A DNA stretch of 64,000 nucleotides from Phoronis australis (Eukaryota > Animalia > Phoronida): NCBI GenBank assembly GCA_002633005.1, contig NMRA01000151.1, positions 349,337 to 413,336 on the forward strand. The letters are read 5' to 3'. The notes beneath the pieces were generated by a model. That model saw nothing but the letters and a program-made list of their open reading frames with translations, was not told where the DNA came from and searched no databases. The position numbers and the translations under genes were made by a program. Positions 61,059 through 64,000 of this stretch are shown one piece after another. Each line of letters starts with the position of its first letter. Position 1 is the first letter of the stretch.

Positions 61059-64000
61059 AACTAGAAAGATTATTGTCACGGCTTGACAATAATGGACTCT
61101 GCGCGTGCGTATTAAAGGAATTGTTATGGGAAGTTACTGACAGCAACCCGTTTACCAATTTCAAAAGGAATTCCTTAAAATTGTAGGAAAATTTACATGT
61201 TAATATTTTGATGACCTTTCCACTAATTGACCTCTTTCGGTGCATTATGAGCCCGGATGAGGGAATAATTGTAAACTCGATTAAAAGTGTGGTTAATGCT
61301 AAGAATCACAAATGTTTTACTTTAAGCACTTCAGAATACAACATGAATGAATTGGTCAAAGTTTCAGAAGAAAAATTCACCTAATGACCCCACGAGTCCA
61401 CCAAATAACCTGATAATTTAGAATTCAAACTCAATCACATTTACTAAACAGATATGTAATTTTGAAGTCTGTAGCTCAAAATTTTATTTTGCACTCAATG
61501 ACCTTAGACCTATTTTTCTGATTGGTTAGGCATATTTTTGTAGTAAAACAGGGCTTTCGATTGGCATGGTGACTTCCACCAGTGTGCTGAACTTGAAAAA
61601 GAATTCCTTGAAAAATGGAGGGGATATAACATTTTGAACATTAGATGACTTTTGCACTAATTGACCCTATCCGGTGCATTATAAACGTCTTAAGGAGAAT
61701 TATTGCAAAGCCTGTGAAAAGTGCGTTTAATGCTGAGAATCACAAATGGTGACACAGAATTCTTGGTGAATGAAAAAGGCAAAGAAAAATGCACCTGATG
61801 ACCCCATGGTTGCACTAAATGACCTGAAACTTTGTTTTTCGAATTGAATTAGACGTACCAATCAGACTTGTGAAGTGTCTAGCTCAAAATTTTAGTTTGC
61901 ACTCAATGACCTTTGGCCTATTTTCTCTGATTGGGTGGCCCTATTGCTTAGTAAAGTAGGGTATTTCATTGGCATGTAGGTTTACATCAATGTGCTGGAA
62001 TTGAGGAGAATTCCTTGAAAAATATAGGAGAAATAATCTTTTCAATAGTAGGTGACCTTTGCACTAATTGACCCTATCCAGTGCATTACAAGCCCTTTTA
62101 GTAGAACTAACGGCAAAGTCCGTGAAAAGTATATTTATTGCTGAGAAGCAGAGTTGTCTAACGGTTGACATATCAGAATACTTGGTGAACAAAAAGGATA
62201 AATTTTTAGAAAAAAAAGGCACCTAATGACCCCATGTCTGCACTAAATGGCCTAAAACTTTGGATTTCGAATTGAATAACCTGCTCCAATGAGACCTGTG
62301 AATTTGAAGCGTCTAGCTCAAAATTTTAGTTTGCACCTAATGACCTTTGACATGTTTTATCTGATTGGATGTTTCGATTACTTAGAAAAGTAATTTTTTA
62401 AATTGTCATGTTGACTTATACCTGTGCACCGAATTTGAAAAAGATACCTTTAAAACTAAACGAGGAGTAGCATTTTGAAAATTATATGACCTTTACACCA
62501 AACGACCCCTTCCGGTGCAACATGGAATGTGATTGTATAACGAATCAAAATTTATGTACTGTCAAATATCATATGCTGAATTTAAAGAACGTACCTGCAC
62601 CCAATTTGGAGTTATTAAGCCTCAAAGCTGGTCGGAAGAAGAATAAGAAGAACTAGAAAGATTATTGTCACGGCGTGACAATAACGGACTCTGCGCGTGC
62701 GTATTACTGGCATTATTATGGGAAGTTACTGAGAGCAACCCGTTTACCAATACGAAAAGGAATTCTTTAAAATTGTAGGAGAAATTACATATTAATTTTT
62801 TGATGACCTTTCCACTAATTGACCTCTTCCGCTGCATTATGAGCCCCGATGAGGGAGTAATTGTTAACTCGATTAGAAGAGTGGTTAATGCTAATAATCA
62901 CAGATGTTTTACTTTAAGCACTTCAGAATACAAGATGAATGAAGTGGTCAAATTTTCACAAGAAAAATGCACCTAATGACCCCATGGGTGCACCAAACGA
63001 CCTGAAAATTTAGAATTCAAACTCAATCGCACTTAGTAAACAGATACGTAATTCTGAAGTCTCTAGCTCAAAATTTTAGTTTGCACTCAATGACCTTTGA
63101 CCCATTTTTTCTGATTGGTTAGGCCTATTGCGAAGTAAAGTAGGTATTCAATTGGCATGTTGACTTCACCAGTGTGCTGAAATTGAAAAGAATTCCTTGA
63201 AAAACGTAAGATATATAACATTTTGAAAGTTACATGATCTTTGCACTAATTGACCTGATCCAGTGCATTTTAAGCATGTTTAGGAGAATTATTGCAAAGC
63301 CCATGGAAAATGTGTTTAACGCTGAGAATCACAGTTGTCTAACGGTTAACACATCAGAATACTTGCTGATTGAAAAGGTCAAATTTTCAGAAGAAAAATG
63401 CACCTAATGACCCCATGTTTGCACTAAACGACCTGAAACTTTGGATTCCGATTTGATTTACCTGTGGCAATCAGACCTGTCAATTTGAAGTGTCTAGCTC
63501 AAAATTTTAGTTTTCACCTAATAACCTTTGACCTATTTCACCTGATTTTATGACCCGATTACTTAGAAAAGTAATTTTTTCAATTGTCATGTTGACATTT
63601 ACCTGTGCACCGAATTTGAAAAAGCTAGCTTTAAAACTGAAGGAGGAGTAGCATTTTGAAAATTATATGACCTTTGCACCAAACGACCTCTTCCGGTGCA
63701 ATATGGAATATGATTATATAACCAATCAAAATTCATATACTGTCGAAAGTCATATACTGAATTTAAAGACCATACCTGCACCCAATTCGGAGTTATTAAG
63801 CCTCAAAGTTGGTCGGAAGAAGAATAAGAATAAGAATAAGAATAAGAACCAGGAACAACAGTACTCTGCGCTTACACGCGCAGAGTAATAAAATTGAAGA
63901 AAACCCAGGAACAACAGGACTCTGCGCTTACACGCGCAGAGTAATAAAATTGAAGAAAACCCAGGAACAACAGTACCCTGCGCTTACACGCGCAGAGTAA
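61059..64000 (+). mobile_element. Two Helentron/HINE (DINE-1-like) elements in tandem or nested, carrying ~430-bp core repeats
   Basis: The 5' module AACTAGAAAGATTATTGTCACGGC(T/G)TGACAATAA (palindrome) followed by GGACTCTGCGCG occurs at 61059 and 62651. Core-repeat anchors lie at 61213, 61647, 62054, 62488, 62805, 63236 and 63669. An (AATAAG)n microsatellite precedes a 3' hairpin ACTCTGCGC-TTACAC-GCGCAGAGT, repeated in 56-bp units at 63849, 63905 and 63961. Confidence 0.78.

Noticed and set aside
60835-62837. Similar minus-strand ORFs at 60835-61245 and 62622-62837
   Set aside because: The similarity is explained by the duplicated non-coding 5' module of the HINE-like element.
63849-64000. 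Palindromic repeats at regular spacing, superficially CRISPR-like
   Set aside because: The intervening sequences are identical rather than unique spacers, there are no cas genes, and the context is eukaryotic; this is a 56-bp tandem of a transposon 3' end.

Overview
AT-rich eukaryotic (metazoan, probably marine invertebrate) genomic DNA with three assembly gaps (2762-3120, 18472-18486, 46908-47695). The only host gene I can support is the internal part of a large + strand immunoglobulin-superfamily gene. It has seven symmetric phase-1 exons (4719-5039, 5226-5552, 8740-9054, 10064-10381, 17166-17486, 28864-29199, 57178-57486), each encoding one divergent Ig-like domain, and they splice into a stop-free 2247-nt (749-codon) frame. 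No signal-peptide, transmembrane or terminal exon was found in the window. The introns (186 bp to 28 kb) are filled with transposon relics: four TTAA-flanked Kolobok-type elements (THAP and KolX-like ORFs), AcademX-type relics (XPG-like motifs, Cys-rich finger), a full-length decayed mariner, a MULE-like MITE with a 9-bp TSD, GC-rich MITEs with 5-bp TSDs, two copies of one LINE family, a Penelope GIY-YIG relic, Helentron/HINE-like tandem-repeat elements and a diverged ~60-bp minisatellite. Most short ORFs in the supplied track are spurious. There is no evidence for prokaryotic systems, CRISPR arrays, rRNA or intact tRNA genes. All family assignments come from motif recognition by eye, not from database searches.
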